A stretch of 64,000 bases of DNA from Chloropicon primus. Its lineage: Eukaryota. Positions 1 to 10,434 of the stretch are shown here, one piece after another (the first letter of the stretch is position 1; each line of letters begins with the position of its first letter). The translations under genes and the position numbers were made by a program. The stretch is taken from contig CP060758.1 of the NCBI GenBank assembly GCA_023205875.1, positions 868,001 through 932,000 of the forward strand, written 5' to 3'. The notes below the pieces were generated by a model, which was given only the letters and a program-made list of their open reading frames with translations, was not told the DNA's origin and searched no databases.

Positions 1-399
1 TATCCTTTGTTTCATCCAGAATCTCCACGACACGACGAATAGAGAGTAGAAAACCGTGCATACTTCGAGTTGGCGGGAAGGGACCCTTGGAGGATCTCAT
101 TGAGGGGGAAGGAAGGGAAGGGACCTTTGGACAAGGGTGGGAGTCCTGCTTTGCCTCGAACCTGCTTTACCTTGGCCTCGGTCGTCGTTCTTTCGTCGTC
201 GGAAGGGGCGAAAGAAACAACGCAGGCGTCCTCTTTTTCTCGCGCGCGCGCTCGTCTTTGCCTTGTCTCGACCGACCGCGAGAAAAAGAATTTTGATTTC
301 CGAGGGAGGCCGTGAGGAGATCTTCTTCTTGTTCTTCTTCCTGTTCTTCTTCTTGGTGCTTGCTCCTGCTTGACGCGACGAGGACCGAGCTTCCGCGCC

Positions 400-1473
400 A
401 TGTTCAGGGGACCGCCGGGGCGCCGAGGGCCGAGGGCGAGGGCCCTGTGCCTCAAGAGAATGGCGCCGGTGTGCAAGGCCCAGAGGGGCAGCGGCAGCAG
501 CAACAACAGCAACAACCGGGTGCGGTCGAACGCGTCGGCCTCGTCCTCGAGCGGCGCGAACTTTCCGCTGAACCTGGGGGGCGGCGCCGCGGGCGGGGCG
601 GGGAGCACGACGCTGATCCTCCAGGGCGCGCTCGGCGTGGGAATCGGCGTGGGGCTGGGCCTGGGCTTCGGCATGGGCGTCTCGAACATGCTCCAGCTCG
701 GGGACTTTGAGGGGGCGCTGTCGGGCGACTTCGACCCGCTCCAGGAGGGCGAGAAGGAGCTGACGCGGCTGAAGCTGAAGCAGAAGGGCAACGCCCTGCA
801 GAACGCGCTGTCGGGCTTGGTGAAGAAGCTCAAGTCCCACGCGAGGAACAGGAAGGTGACGGACGTGCTCATCCAGCTCAACTGCCTGACCTTCTTCCTG
901 CAGAAGGCCAGCAAGGGGTGGCTCTCCGCGTGGGGCTGCAAGCACAACCAGGCCATCGCGAGCGGGCAGCTCTGGCGGCTCTTCACCCCCGCCCTCCTCC
1001 ACGGCAACCTGCTGCACCTGCTGGTGAACTGCTACACGCTGAACCACCTCGGGCCCACCACGGAGGCCCTCTTCGGGGGGAAGAGGATGCTCGCCGTCTA
1101 CGTCCTCAGCGGCGTCAGCGGGAACGTCTTCAGCTTCTACATGAACCACCTCCCCGCGGTCGGGTGCAGCGGGGCCCTGTTCGGGCTCCTGGGGGCGCTC
1201 GGCTACTTTTACTACAAGCACAGCAACGTGCTGAAGAAGGAGCACGTGGAGAGGCCGCTGAGGAGCTTGAACCACATGGTCCTCACCAACCTCGTGATCG
1301 GCCTGACGACGCCGAACATTGACAACTGGGCTCACATGGGAGGCCTGTTCGCCGGGGTGGCGGCGGTGATGCTCCTGGGACCCTCCTTCTCGGTGGAACA
1401 AGACAACGGCCCGAAGCTGGTGGACAAGCCCCTCCTGCCGGTCCTGGCCTCCAAGCCACTGTCTCTCAAGTGA
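400..1473 (+). CDS. Rhomboid-family intramembrane serine protease, probably organelle (plastid) targeted
   Basis: WRLFTPALLHGNLLHLLVN rhomboid motif, catalytic GCSG and IDNWAHMGG, and an Arg/Ser-rich N-terminus resembling a transit peptide. First ATG is at 400; the ORF track start at 370 is TTG. Confidence 0.9.
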   Translation: MFRGPPGRRGPRARALCLKRMAPVCKAQRGSGSSNNSNNRVRSNASASSSSGANFPLNLGGGAAGGAGSTTLILQGALGVGIGVGLGLGFGMGVSNMLQLGDFEGALSGDFDPLQEGEKELTRLKLKQKGNALQNALSGLVKKLKSHARNRKVTDVLIQLNCLTFFLQKASKGWLSAWGCKHNQAIASGQLWRLFTPALLHGNLLHLLVNCYTLNHLGPTTEALFGGKRMLAVYVLSGVSGNVFSFYMNHLPAVGCSGALFGLLGALGYFYYKHSNVLKKEHVERPLRSLNHMVLTNLVIGLTTPNIDNWAHMGGLFAGVAAVMLLGPSFSVEQDNGPKLVDKPLLPVLASKPLSLK

Positions 1474-1634
1474 CGAGACTTGCCAAGGACCACCACCGTC
1501 GTCGTCGGGCGGCAGCAAGAAGCCTTCCTTTGTTTTCCCTTTTGAGCAGCAAATAATAAATTGACAAACCTTAATCGGATAGAGAGTTTTTAGGCGACAC
1601 GCCCTTTCTCGACCGCCGCACATCCCCCGCGCCT

Positions 1635-2684
1635 TCACTCGCTGACGAAGAGGTCGAGCCCGTACCCGTTGGACTCCTCCGTCTCCTTCTTCTCGGCAGC
1701 CGCGACCCTCTCCTCCTTCCTCTCGAGATGCTTGAGCTTCCTCTCGCTGATCTGGACCCCGGCGGACTCCTTGAACTTCTCCCCCAAGACCGTGTCCTGG
1801 CCCGCGGCCCCCTTCCTCTTCCTCTTCTCCTTGCTGTTCCTCGAGACCTGGAGCAGGTCCCTCTCCCACTCCACCTTGTGCTTGTGGTACAAGTAGAGCG
1901 CCGCCCTCGCGTCCTCCACGGGAGAGTGCTCCCCGTGCTGGATCTCCAGCCCGAGGTGCTCGGCCGCCAGCTCCTTGAGAGCGCGAGACTTGAACCTGGC
2001 GTGCACGGCGGGTGGGGATACCGAGGCCGCGCCGTTGCCAGGGAGCTCCAACTTCCTCAGTGGGGCGTACCTGGCCGTGTCCCGGATGTCCTGCTTGGGG
2101 TGCCCGACGTGCAGAGCCTTGAAGTCGTTCTTCAAGGCGTGGCCGACCACGACTTTGCCCTTCAAAAGCGTGGCTACCCGCTGCTGTACCTGCTCGAATT
2201 GCGGCGCCCCCCTCAGATCCTGGGGCCTCACCCCGCTGACCCGGGTTCTGTAGTCCGTCACCCGCCCCTTGGGGGTGCAGAAGGTGTCCACCAGCACGTT
2301 GCCGTAGTAGTTCACCACCACCACCCGAGCCAGGGCACTCTTCTGTCCGCCGTCCCCCACGCCCACCATCTCGCAATCGAGGGCGACGATCCGCGTCTCC
2401 TGGCTGTTCTCCCGCCTCGCTTGCGGGGCGAACTTTCCGTCCCTGATCTTCCCCTCCCTCCTCGACCGCCGCCGCTCGGCCTCCTCCCTCCTCTCCTTCG
2501 CCTTCCCGTCACCCGCTATCTGGGCCTTGAGCGCGTCCCAGTTGCTGTTGGGCTTCGTGATGTCCACGACCGTATTCGTCTTGCCCGCGCTCTCGCCCTT
2601 CTCGACGCCCTTGCCCTTGGCGCCCAGCCTCTTGGCCCTCCCCTTCCCCTTCCCCTTCCCTCCCATCGCCTTTTGCTTGCCCAT
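1635..2684 (-). CDS. REX4: RNA exonuclease 4 (DEDDh 3'-5' exonuclease)
   Basis: VALDCEMVGVG, VTDYRTRVSG, VVGHALKNDF, IRDTA and HSPVEDARAA motifs, plus a basic N-terminus with the NSNW motif. Confidence 0.92.
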   Translation of the reverse strand: MGKQKAMGGKGKGKGRAKRLGAKGKGVEKGESAGKTNTVVDITKPNSNWDALKAQIAGDGKAKERREEAERRRSRREGKIRDGKFAPQARRENSQETRIVALDCEMVGVGDGGQKSALARVVVVNYYGNVLVDTFCTPKGRVTDYRTRVSGVRPQDLRGAPQFEQVQQRVATLLKGKVVVGHALKNDFKALHVGHPKQDIRDTARYAPLRKLELPGNGAASVSPPAVHARFKSRALKELAAEHLGLEIQHGEHSPVEDARAALYLYHKHKVEWERDLLQVSRNSKEKRKRKGAAGQDTVLGEKFKESAGVQISERKLKHLERKEERVAAAEKKETEESNGYGLDLFVSE

Positions 2685-2697
2685 TGCTCTGAGCCCA

Positions 2698-2874
2698 CTA
2701 CTGCTTGCCTACTTTTTCATCGATCTCCTTCTGCAACCTTTGCGACACCTCTCTCTTTTGAGAAAGGAAGAGCACCCGAGTCCCGCGAGCCTCGTACACT
2801 CGCCGACCTCTCTTCACGGAGTCCACCTCCTTCTTCGCCACCTGCAGCGTCCTCACCTCCTCGACGGACGCCAT
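2698..2874 (-). CDS. 58-aa prefoldin-beta-like protein resembling ASDURF (ASNSD1 upstream ORF protein)
   Basis: MASVEEVRTLQVAKKEVDSVKRGRRVYEARGTRVLFLSQKREVSQRLQKEIDEKVGKQ: helix, RRVY..VLFL hairpin, helix, as in beta-prefoldins and ASDURF. ATG in good context (ttcATGG). The stop lies 13 nt upstream of the REX4 ATG. Confidence 0.65.
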   Translation of the reverse strand: MASVEEVRTLQVAKKEVDSVKRGRRVYEARGTRVLFLSQKREVSQRLQKEIDEKVGKQ

Positions 2875-3027
2875 GAAAGAGTTTTTGAGTTGCTTTTTGT
2901 GTGCTGGAGAGGAGAGGACAGAGGACAGAGGGGAGAGAGAGAGATTGTTCATCACAGGCAAGGAGGGGGAAGAAGGAGGATCAATCAATCACGATTACAG
3001 GGCCGAGCACCCGAGGAGGGGTTTGAT

Positions 3028-4152
3028 TCAGAGCAGGATGGTTCCCGTGCAAGCACCGCGAGGGAGCTTCGGAATTCCGTCCACGGGTTCAGGGGCCCAC
3101 GATGTGGTGGTGTTGGAAGCGGGAGGTCGAACGGTCTGTTCCAAGTCCCGTCGAATGCCGTCATCGCCCGCGTCGTCTTGCACGCCCTCCACCTTGCGTC
3201 TGCCCCTGAACGTGAGGAAATCGCTGCAGAAAAAGTCGGGGCTGGCCGCCTCCGAATCGTTCTCGCAACCGTCGAGGACTTGCTGGAGCTCCGAGGAATT
3301 CCAGCCCGACATGTAATCCGCGTGGAACGTGTCGGTCCCGTCGCTGAAGGTGTGGGCCCCTCCCCCGTAATTGTGGATTCGAGTGTAGAAGTGGATCTCG
3401 GGCAGCTTCACCGGATGGCTAGCAGGGCAATCAAAATCAAAGCACTCGGGATCGAAGCTGCCGGAGGAGGTCAGATCCGAGCAATCAACGCTCCACGCGA
3501 CGTGGGACTGGTCTTCGCTCCAAAGCCTCTGCCCATCCCAGCAAGTCGGGAACTTGATGTTGATCTCCAGCTCCCAGCACGCTTGCAGCGGCAGGAAGCT
3601 CTCGGTCTCCTGATCCCTCGAGTAAGGCTCGCACCCTCCCGGGTCTTCCCTCTCGCAGGGCTCGGGCTCGGGCGCGCAATGCGACGTGGCACGCGCCCTG
3701 GGGTCCCTATCGGTCGCCTTCATCATGAAGCCGTCGGGGAACGCGGTCGCCTCGCCGGTCCTCCAGACGTAGTAAGCGGACGCAAACCACACCGGGGCGA
3801 GGTCGTACGTCTCGCTCCCGTCCTCCCCCCTCGTCACTTTGTAGATCGAGGGGTGCCAGTAGAGACTGAGGTTCTCCTCGGTGTTGCCCGTGCTGCTGTT
3901 TGCCCCCGCCGCGCGGAGGGCCTCGTACGTCGCGTTCGGCTTCATCGTCTCCCTCGACGCGGGGCCGTAAAACGTGTGGACGTGGTCGGAGAGGCAGCTC
4001 CCCACCTCGGTGCTGCCGAGCAAGGGATCCGTTCTCACGTCTCCCGCGACAAGGTAATCGAGCTTGAAGCTCGTCGCTTCCACCGCGGCGGGGACCACCA
4101 CCACCACCACAACAACAACAACCAGGGAGAAGGAGACCAAACGCCACGCCAT
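3028..4152 (-). CDS. Secreted DUF1996-domain protein
   Basis: Hydrophobic signal peptide followed by RTDPL, HVHTFYG, NLSLYWHPSIY, AFPDGFMM, FPTCWDG, CPASHPVKLP and FHADYMSGW, typical of DUF1996. Confidence 0.85.
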   Translation of the reverse strand: MAWRLVSFSLVVVVVVVVVVPAAVEATSFKLDYLVAGDVRTDPLLGSTEVGSCLSDHVHTFYGPASRETMKPNATYEALRAAGANSSTGNTEENLSLYWHPSIYKVTRGEDGSETYDLAPVWFASAYYVWRTGEATAFPDGFMMKATDRDPRARATSHCAPEPEPCEREDPGGCEPYSRDQETESFLPLQACWELEINIKFPTCWDGQRLWSEDQSHVAWSVDCSDLTSSGSFDPECFDFDCPASHPVKLPEIHFYTRIHNYGGGAHTFSDGTDTFHADYMSGWNSSELQQVLDGCENDSEAASPDFFCSDFLTFRGRRKVEGVQDDAGDDGIRRDLEQTVRPPASNTTTSWAPEPVDGIPKLPRGACTGTILL

Positions 4153-4309
4153 CGCACGCTGATGGAGGAGGTTCAGGCGTTACCGTTACGTCTCTCTTCT
4201 CCCTCTCTCACCCTCTCTCTCTCTCCAAGCTCGGACGTTAATTTTTGGATAAGAGAGAGAGGGAGAAGAGGGAGAGAGAGGGAGAGAGAGAGAAGGGAAG
4301 GAGTTGAGG

Positions 4310-5268
4310 ATGGTGCGGTTGGCGTTCGTGGGTGCGGGTCAGATGGCTGAGGCCCTGGCGAAGGGGTTCATCGCGAAGAAGGTTGTGACGAGCTCGAAGA
4401 TAAACGCGTACGACATCTCAGAGGCGCGGAGAAGGGTCTTCGCAGAGGAGCTCGGGTGCAAGGTGCACGACTCGAACGACTCGGCTGTGGCGAACTGCGA
4501 CGTGGCGATTCTGGCGGTGAAGCCGCAATACCTCGGCGCGACGGCGAGGACGGTGTCCCCGGAGAGCTGGGACAACAAGCTGGTTCTCTCCATCGCCGCG
4601 GGCGTGACCATCGAGACCTTGAAGGGCTTGCTGCCCCCGAGCGCAAGGGTCGTCCGAATCATGCCGAACACGCCTTGCCTGGTGGGGGAGTCGGCGTCCG
4701 CGATAGCCGCGAGCGAGGAGGTCACCCCGTCGGACGTGGAGCTCGTCAAGTCCCTGTTCGCCACGGTGGGCATGACCATATCAGTCGAAGAGTCCTTCCT
4801 GGATGCTGTGAGTGGCCGTCGATATTTTTTTTCGTCCTCGTTCCTCAAACGATTCTCCGCCACGAGGACCTCGCCTTTGCCTCGAAGCTCTGACACTGCC
4901 CTCTTTTCCCCACCTCCTCCTTCCCTCTCCCTCGCTTGCTTGGTTCTCGATCGTCCCAGGTGACCGGCCTCAGCGGCAGCGGGCCCGCGTACGTCTTCCT
5001 CATGATCGAGGCCCTGTCCGACGGAGGGGTAAGGTCGGGTCTGCCAAGGCCCGTGGCCACGAAGCTCGCGGCCCAGACTGTCATGGGGGCGGCCAAGATG
5101 GTGCTGGAGACGGGGAGGCACCCTGGCGAGCTGAAAGACATGGTGACCTCCCCGGCCGGGACGACCATTGCTGGGGTTCACGCTCTCGAGGACCACGGGA
5201 CGAGGGCTGCCTTCATCGATGCCGTGTACAAGGCCACCCTCAGGAGCAAGGAGCTCAGCAAGTTGTAA
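4310..5268 (+). CDS. P5CR: Pyrroline-5-carboxylate reductase; exons 4310-4807 and 4960-5268
   Basis: FVGAGQMA Rossmann motif, LAVKPQ, RIMPNTP. Removing intron 4808-4959 (gtgagt...cccag) restores [14 protein letters not shown]-terminal VTSPAGTT. Confidence 0.95.
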
Positions 5269-5607
5269 TAAAACAGTGTGCCCGTGAGGCGAACCTGTCC
5301 CCTCCCCACCTCGGACTCCCACCACCCTTTATCCCTGGAGCCCCTTCGACGACGACGACGACGACCGATGCGAGGGCGAGGGCGAGGGCGATCCCCTCAA
5401 GAATGGTCAAGAGGTCCAGGCGCGCAGTCCCGCTCGGCAATCGATGCTCCTCGATTGCTGCATCGGCATGTGATCTCCCGCTGCATCTGCCAACCATGTG
5501 ATCTGCTTTTGCTTTTGGAGATCGAGTTCAGGCCACAAACCGACGGACGACGTCGACTGGTTCTGGGCTTTGCGCGAGCGAGGGGACGAGAGGTTGGTGA
5601 CGTTGCG

Positions 5608-6756
5608 ATGGCGTCCGCGCCGAAGGCAAAGGTTTCGGTGCTGGGAGCGCTCCAGTACTTTCTGGACCCGACGCACACGAAGCTTGGCGTAAAAGTTCGT
5701 CGCAAGCTGTTCTGGAGGGAAGCCGACCTGAAGAGCGTGTCCCTGGAGGGGAAGACGGCGATAGTCAGCGGAGCGAACAGCGGGATCGGGAAAGCGGTTG
5801 CCAGGAACCTCGCGGGTCGCGGCGCGAACGTGCACATGATATGTCGCAGCGCGGAGAGAGGGAATGCTGCCCTTGACTCTATCCGAGGAGGCATCAGCGC
5901 CAAGGATAAGGTGAAGCTCCACCTGGTGGACCTGAGCGAGCCGCAGCAAATAAAGGACTTCGTCAAGGACTTCAAGGAGTCTCACGGCAAGCTCGACATT
6001 CTCGTGAACAACGCGGCTGTGATGCCGAACGAATTGAGGTGAGTGCCAAGCAAGGCTTTCCTGCGGACCTGCAGAGCTTTAGCTCTCTGTCGCGTCTCTT
6101 CGCCTGACTCGACGTCCCCTCTCGCGCTCTTGCGCTGCCGCTTGCCCAGGTTCAACAGCGAGGGAACGGAGTCGGCGCTGGCGACGAATTTGGTCGGATT
6201 CTACGGTCTCACCGATTCTCTCCTTCCGATTCTCAAGAACTCGGAAGATCCCCGAGTCGTGAACGTGGTCTCCGCGGGCATGTTCGCCGCCAAGCTACAC
6301 ATCCCAACGATCGAGAGGGGCCTGAGCCGGGAGGACAGCGAGGCCGACAGGGAGAACTATAGCGGCATCTCCCTGTACGCGCAGCACCACAGGGGGCGGG
6401 TGATGCTGACCGATTTCTTCGCCGCCGAGGCTGCCCGGAGCGAGGCGGAGGGCTCCAAGGTGAAGGTGAACTCGGTTCACCCGGGCTGGGTCGACACCCC
6501 AGGTCTTGCAGGTGCAAAGGACATGGAGGGCTTCTACAAGGGCATCGGGAGCTTCCTCCGGACGGAGGAGGAAGGCGCTGACACGGTGGTGTGGCTGGCT
6601 TGCACGCCCGGCCTCCAGCACACGGGAAAGTACTTTTTCGACCGGGCCTCCCGGAAGAAGCACAAGTGCCTCTCGGGCACCAAGTCCAACGTCGAGGACC
6701 TGCAGAGGCTCGTGGACTTGTGCAAAAGGGGGTTCTCTTCTGCTGCTTCCGCGTAA
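5608..6756 (+). CDS. Short-chain dehydrogenase/reductase (DHRS12-like); exons 5608-6038 and 6150-6756
   Basis: SGANSGIG, LVNNAAVM, HPGWVDTPG and LRTEEEGADTVVWLA. Phase-2 intron 6039-6149 (gtgagt...cccag) joins the two ORFs in frame. Confidence 0.88.
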
Positions 6757-7337
6757 CGCCGGGTAAAGGAAAGTAATCATCATATCATTAATCGTCAATC
6801 ACTATTGTCACTCTCTTCATCCCTCTCCGGCTCGTTCGGAGTGCTCAGCAGATCCTCCAGTGTTTTGGCCTCCCATCCATCCCATCGAGCGTTGTCCCAC
6901 CTTTCCTCATCCATCGTCATCAAGTCTCAACACCACCAGACCCCCCCCCCAAAAAAAAAGAAAGCCATCGCCTTAAGGATCCCCTTGATTGATCTTGATG
7001 ATCTTGATGGAGGTTGGCACTCCCTTTTGTCCGTTGTCCCTTTTCCACCAAGAGAGACCGACCCTCCCGTCCCCGTCCTCGTCCTCGTCCTCGTCTTTTC
7101 TTTTCGTCTTTGTCTCTTTGTCTCTTTGTTCTTGGAAATGCTGTGGTCCACATTACAATACGATTACCATAGGATTAGTGTGGGTGAAGGAGAGAGTCGT
7201 TGGCGCCCAAAGGAAGGAGTTTGAAGCGGGCGAGCGAAAGAAAGGCCAAGGCAGAAGAGAGGAACCGATCGGCGAACAAGAACGAGAGACGAAGAGTGTG
7301 TGAAGTGAAGTGAAAAGAAAGGAAAGGCTAGGAAAAG

Positions 7338-7823
7338 ATGGAAGGAAAGGGGAAGAGACAAGCGAGCAACGGAGGGGGACAGTCGACGCTCGGGTACCTT
7401 TTCGGTTCCGGGTGCACGGAGCAGGTGGAGGAGCCTGCCGGTGCTCCTGTGGTGAGCCAGGCTGGTGTGACGAAGCCACCCCTGATGGAGCAGGACGTGA
7501 ACGCTTACAAGATGGACGTGAACGACGCGGTGAAGAAGATGCTCCTGAAGGACTTGAGGAGCGAGCTCCGCGCTCACGGCCTCAGCCCTGCGGGAGGAAA
7601 AGAGACCCTCGTCGAGAGGCTCATGGAGCACTTCGAGAAGACTGGGCACGAGCTCAAGTCCGAGGCTTTCAAGCCCGTAGCCGCGGCGGCCGACATGGAG
7701 AGGAGGCCAAGCAACAACTACCACAGGCCGGAGGGACAGAACGTGGGCAACTTCTTGACCGACAGGAACTCCTCAAAGGTCCTTGCGCCTCCGGGTGGGG
7801 CTTCTTCCTTCTCCCTCGGTTGA
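7338..7823 (+). CDS. SPIRAL1-like microtubule-associated protein with an internal SAP domain
   Basis: N-terminal GGGQSTLGYLFG and C-terminal NNYHRPEGQNVGNFLTDRNSSKVLAPPGG match SPR1. Central LKDLRSELRAHGLSPAGGKETLVERL matches the SAP consensus. Confidence 0.8.
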   Translation: MEGKGKRQASNGGGQSTLGYLFGSGCTEQVEEPAGAPVVSQAGVTKPPLMEQDVNAYKMDVNDAVKKMLLKDLRSELRAHGLSPAGGKETLVERLMEHFEKTGHELKSEAFKPVAAAADMERRPSNNYHRPEGQNVGNFLTDRNSSKVLAPPGGASSFSLG

Positions 7824-8056
7824 GGAAAAACCCTGCGTTCGACTTGAAAGGCTCCGCTGCGCTGTGGTGGCGCGGGCCGAAGAACTTGTTTGTATGATAC
7901 TTATCCTCTTGTGAATTATTTCTCGTGTGCGGGGAAAGGGAGACCTTCTGGCTTGCTTTCCAGAGTCCAGATAATTAACAATACTTTATTTTCAGCAACC
8001 TCGTAATTTTTATTGGACTGCCAACTCCCTATGCCTCCCTGTGGCCGCAAGGAACC

Positions 8057-10154
8057 TTACACGGTGTCCTTGATGATGTCGCGGAGGGTCCGTCCGTCCT
8101 CGGAGGCCTTGTCCAACAACGCCCTCGCTTCGCCGACTTGGCTGCACTTCCCGGAGGCCAGCAAGACTGCCATGGGCACGACCTTCCTCATCTGAGAGCC
8201 CAGTTCGATGCACTTGAGGAGATCTTTCTCGCTGAAATGCGCAGCCGGGTCAACGTGGCCGTGTACGGAGTGGAGCCGCTCAAGCTCGCCTCGGCCCAAG
8301 TGCTTCATGCCCAAGACAGTCATGATGCTCTCCATCGCGTCTAGCCTTTCCACTTTTGCCACAGTCATTACGATCTTGATTGCCCTCTCCAACAGCTTCT
8401 TGTTGCTGATCCTCACGTCGATCATGACGTTGGTGAAGACTTTGCCGTTGAGGATGTTTGCGCCGCTGGAGAAGCAGTTCAGGGCACTTTTGATGGCGAT
8501 TTCCGCGCCCAAGTCGTATTCATTGTTGTCCCCTCGCGCCCGAGAAAGTACGCTGGCCCCCGAAGTTTCGTCCAGAAAGATGTCAACAATCGAATCGGAG
8601 CTCTCGATGACCAACTGCATGAGGTCGGAGGTGGCCTCGTCCATGTTCGACACCCTCGGCACCGCGGCAAGGGAGATGATGCGGTAAGCCCTCTTCTCCT
8701 CTTCGCCCCCGAAAATTTCGCTCAAGGTGTTCTTTGCGCGAGCCAACTCGGCGCCGCCGAAATCGGAGATCCTCCTGAAGTTCAACACGAGCACAAGCGT
8801 GTCGTCCTCGCCCAGGGTCGCCAGAACCTCTTTGAATTTCGGCAGCGTTCTCTCCGTGCCGATGACCCTGAGCACCTCCTTGCTCACGTCGGAGTCGAGC
8901 AGAAAGCCCTGAAAATCTTCCTCGAGGCATCCAAAGGTTGGGAGTTGCTCGCTTGCGTCTATTATTCCCAAGAGACCCTCCCTGCCGTAACCGCCGTAAA
9001 CGATGCGACCGTGCCTTTGCAGACTGGCAGCGCCAACGCTCAACGGGTGCATCTTCTCGTTGAAGGGATTCATCAGGGACTGAGAGTTGTTGTAAATCTT
9101 CAAAGCTTCCTCGTACTCCTGCATGATTTTCCTCGTTGTGATGCCGCCTTTCGCTCCCCCCCACAGCATGCCGCCCCACCACTTTGAGGTACTACTACTC
9201 GCAGAAGTTTGCCGGAACGCCAGGAGGATGATGACCTCCAAGCACACCTTGGTGGCGGTGCCGCTCTTGAGCCTCGTCGACCCGGTCACAAGCTCCGGCC
9301 CAACGACTGGATCGAGAATGATGACCTCCTCCTCATTGCCCGTCAGTCTCTCCCGCACCTGAGGCTCAGCGAACAGGCCCCTTGGTGATTGAGGAGGAGG
9401 AGGAGGAGGAGGAGGACGACGACAACGACGATTGGAACGAACGCCCCGTCAGTCAGTTAGAATCCCAATTGAAACGCAGATTTCGTGCTCCTTACCTGCA
9501 GCCCTCGAAGGGCGTGAAGCCCAACAGCACCGCTTTCCCGCCAAGGTCCAAGGTCCGCCCGATCTGGCTCGCGACCCAGGTGGCGGACATCCCGCAAGTG
9601 ACGCCAACCAGGATAATGTTGGAAGGTCCTTCTCCCTCATTCAGGCCATTCGCGGCCACAATCTGATCGAGAGCCGCGGAGGCAGAAGCCTCGTCGTCCT
9701 CGGCGTGCTCGACGGCCTTCTTGAAGGCCCGATTCCCCCCGGCGAGGGAGCACTCGCAACGTATCTCCGCGTTGCTGAGCTTCGCCAGGTCCTTCATGAG
9801 CTCGCAAGCCGCCCAACAGAGCCTCCCGCTCGTCCCCGCACCGGAGAAAACCACGAGAGCCTTCCCGCCTTTCGAATTCACCGCATCGGAGAGCATCCTC
9901 GCAGCAGACTCGAGCTTCTTGTGCATGGACGCGTCCCTCAGGCTTGGGTAGCCTTGGAACCCCGAGAAGAGCTCCCCCTCGCACGCCCTCGTCGCCCTCA
10001 CGATTTCGATGGGACCGTACTCATCGATGGCCATGGAGTGCATCGACTGCATCTCCGTCACGACAGCGGTCGCCGCATTGCCCACCTTCCCGCTCCCCCT
10101 CCTCCGCTTCTGCCCCCCCCTCCTCTCACTCTTCGGTGCTTTCCTCCGCGCCAT
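8057..10154 (-). CDS. Glucokinase-regulatory-protein (GCKR)-like double SIS-domain protein; exons 10154-9496 and 9380-8057
   Basis: SGAGTSGRL, VGVTCGMSA, GPELVTGSTRLKSGTATK and KSALNCFSSGANILNGKVFTNVMIDVRISNKKLLERA. Phase-2 intron 9381-9495 (gtaagg...ccaag on the minus strand) joins both ORFs into about 660 aa. Confidence 0.8.
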
Positions 10155-10434
10155 CGCGTTTTGCTTTTTTGCTGCAGGAGGACGAGGCGAACGAGGTAAA
10201 CCAAGAGGAGGAGAGAGATCGAGGACAGGACTACAATGAGGCGTTGAGGGTCACGGCACCATCTGGTTCCTTACCTTACCAAGAAGTCGCAGGAGCCCCC
10301 TCCTCCTCCTGCAGGATTTCCTCGCGCGAAACACTAAAAAGAGGAGTTGAAAACGAGGCCGGAGAGAGAGGATAACGCATGAGCGGATAACGTTTCTCAT
10401 TTGGCGGCAGCGCATCACGTGGGAGACGGAAGGT

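Noticed and set aside
97..2376. Long antisense or alternate-frame ORFs (e.g. 97-2376, 2527-4350, 26117-28372, 38610-40901, 42072-43514, 53266-55293)
   Set aside because: Shadow ORFs caused by high GC3 codon bias of the real genes they overlap; no recognisable domains.
6795..7151. Minus-strand frame reading ...GVWWC-TGA-DLMTMDEERWDNARWDGW..., suggestive of a Cys-Sec selenoprotein
   Set aside because: No ATG start in frame (GTG preceded by an in-frame TAA), the frame crosses C10/A9 homopolymers and microsatellite-like sequence, and I see no recognisable selenoprotein family or SECIS.
8057..10154. MurQ etherase implying plastid peptidoglycan recycling, which would pair neatly with SepF
   Set aside because: Length and duplicated SIS arrangement fit GCKR better, and the N-terminus is basic/NLS-like rather than an obvious transit peptide. 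Not excluded without a phylogeny.
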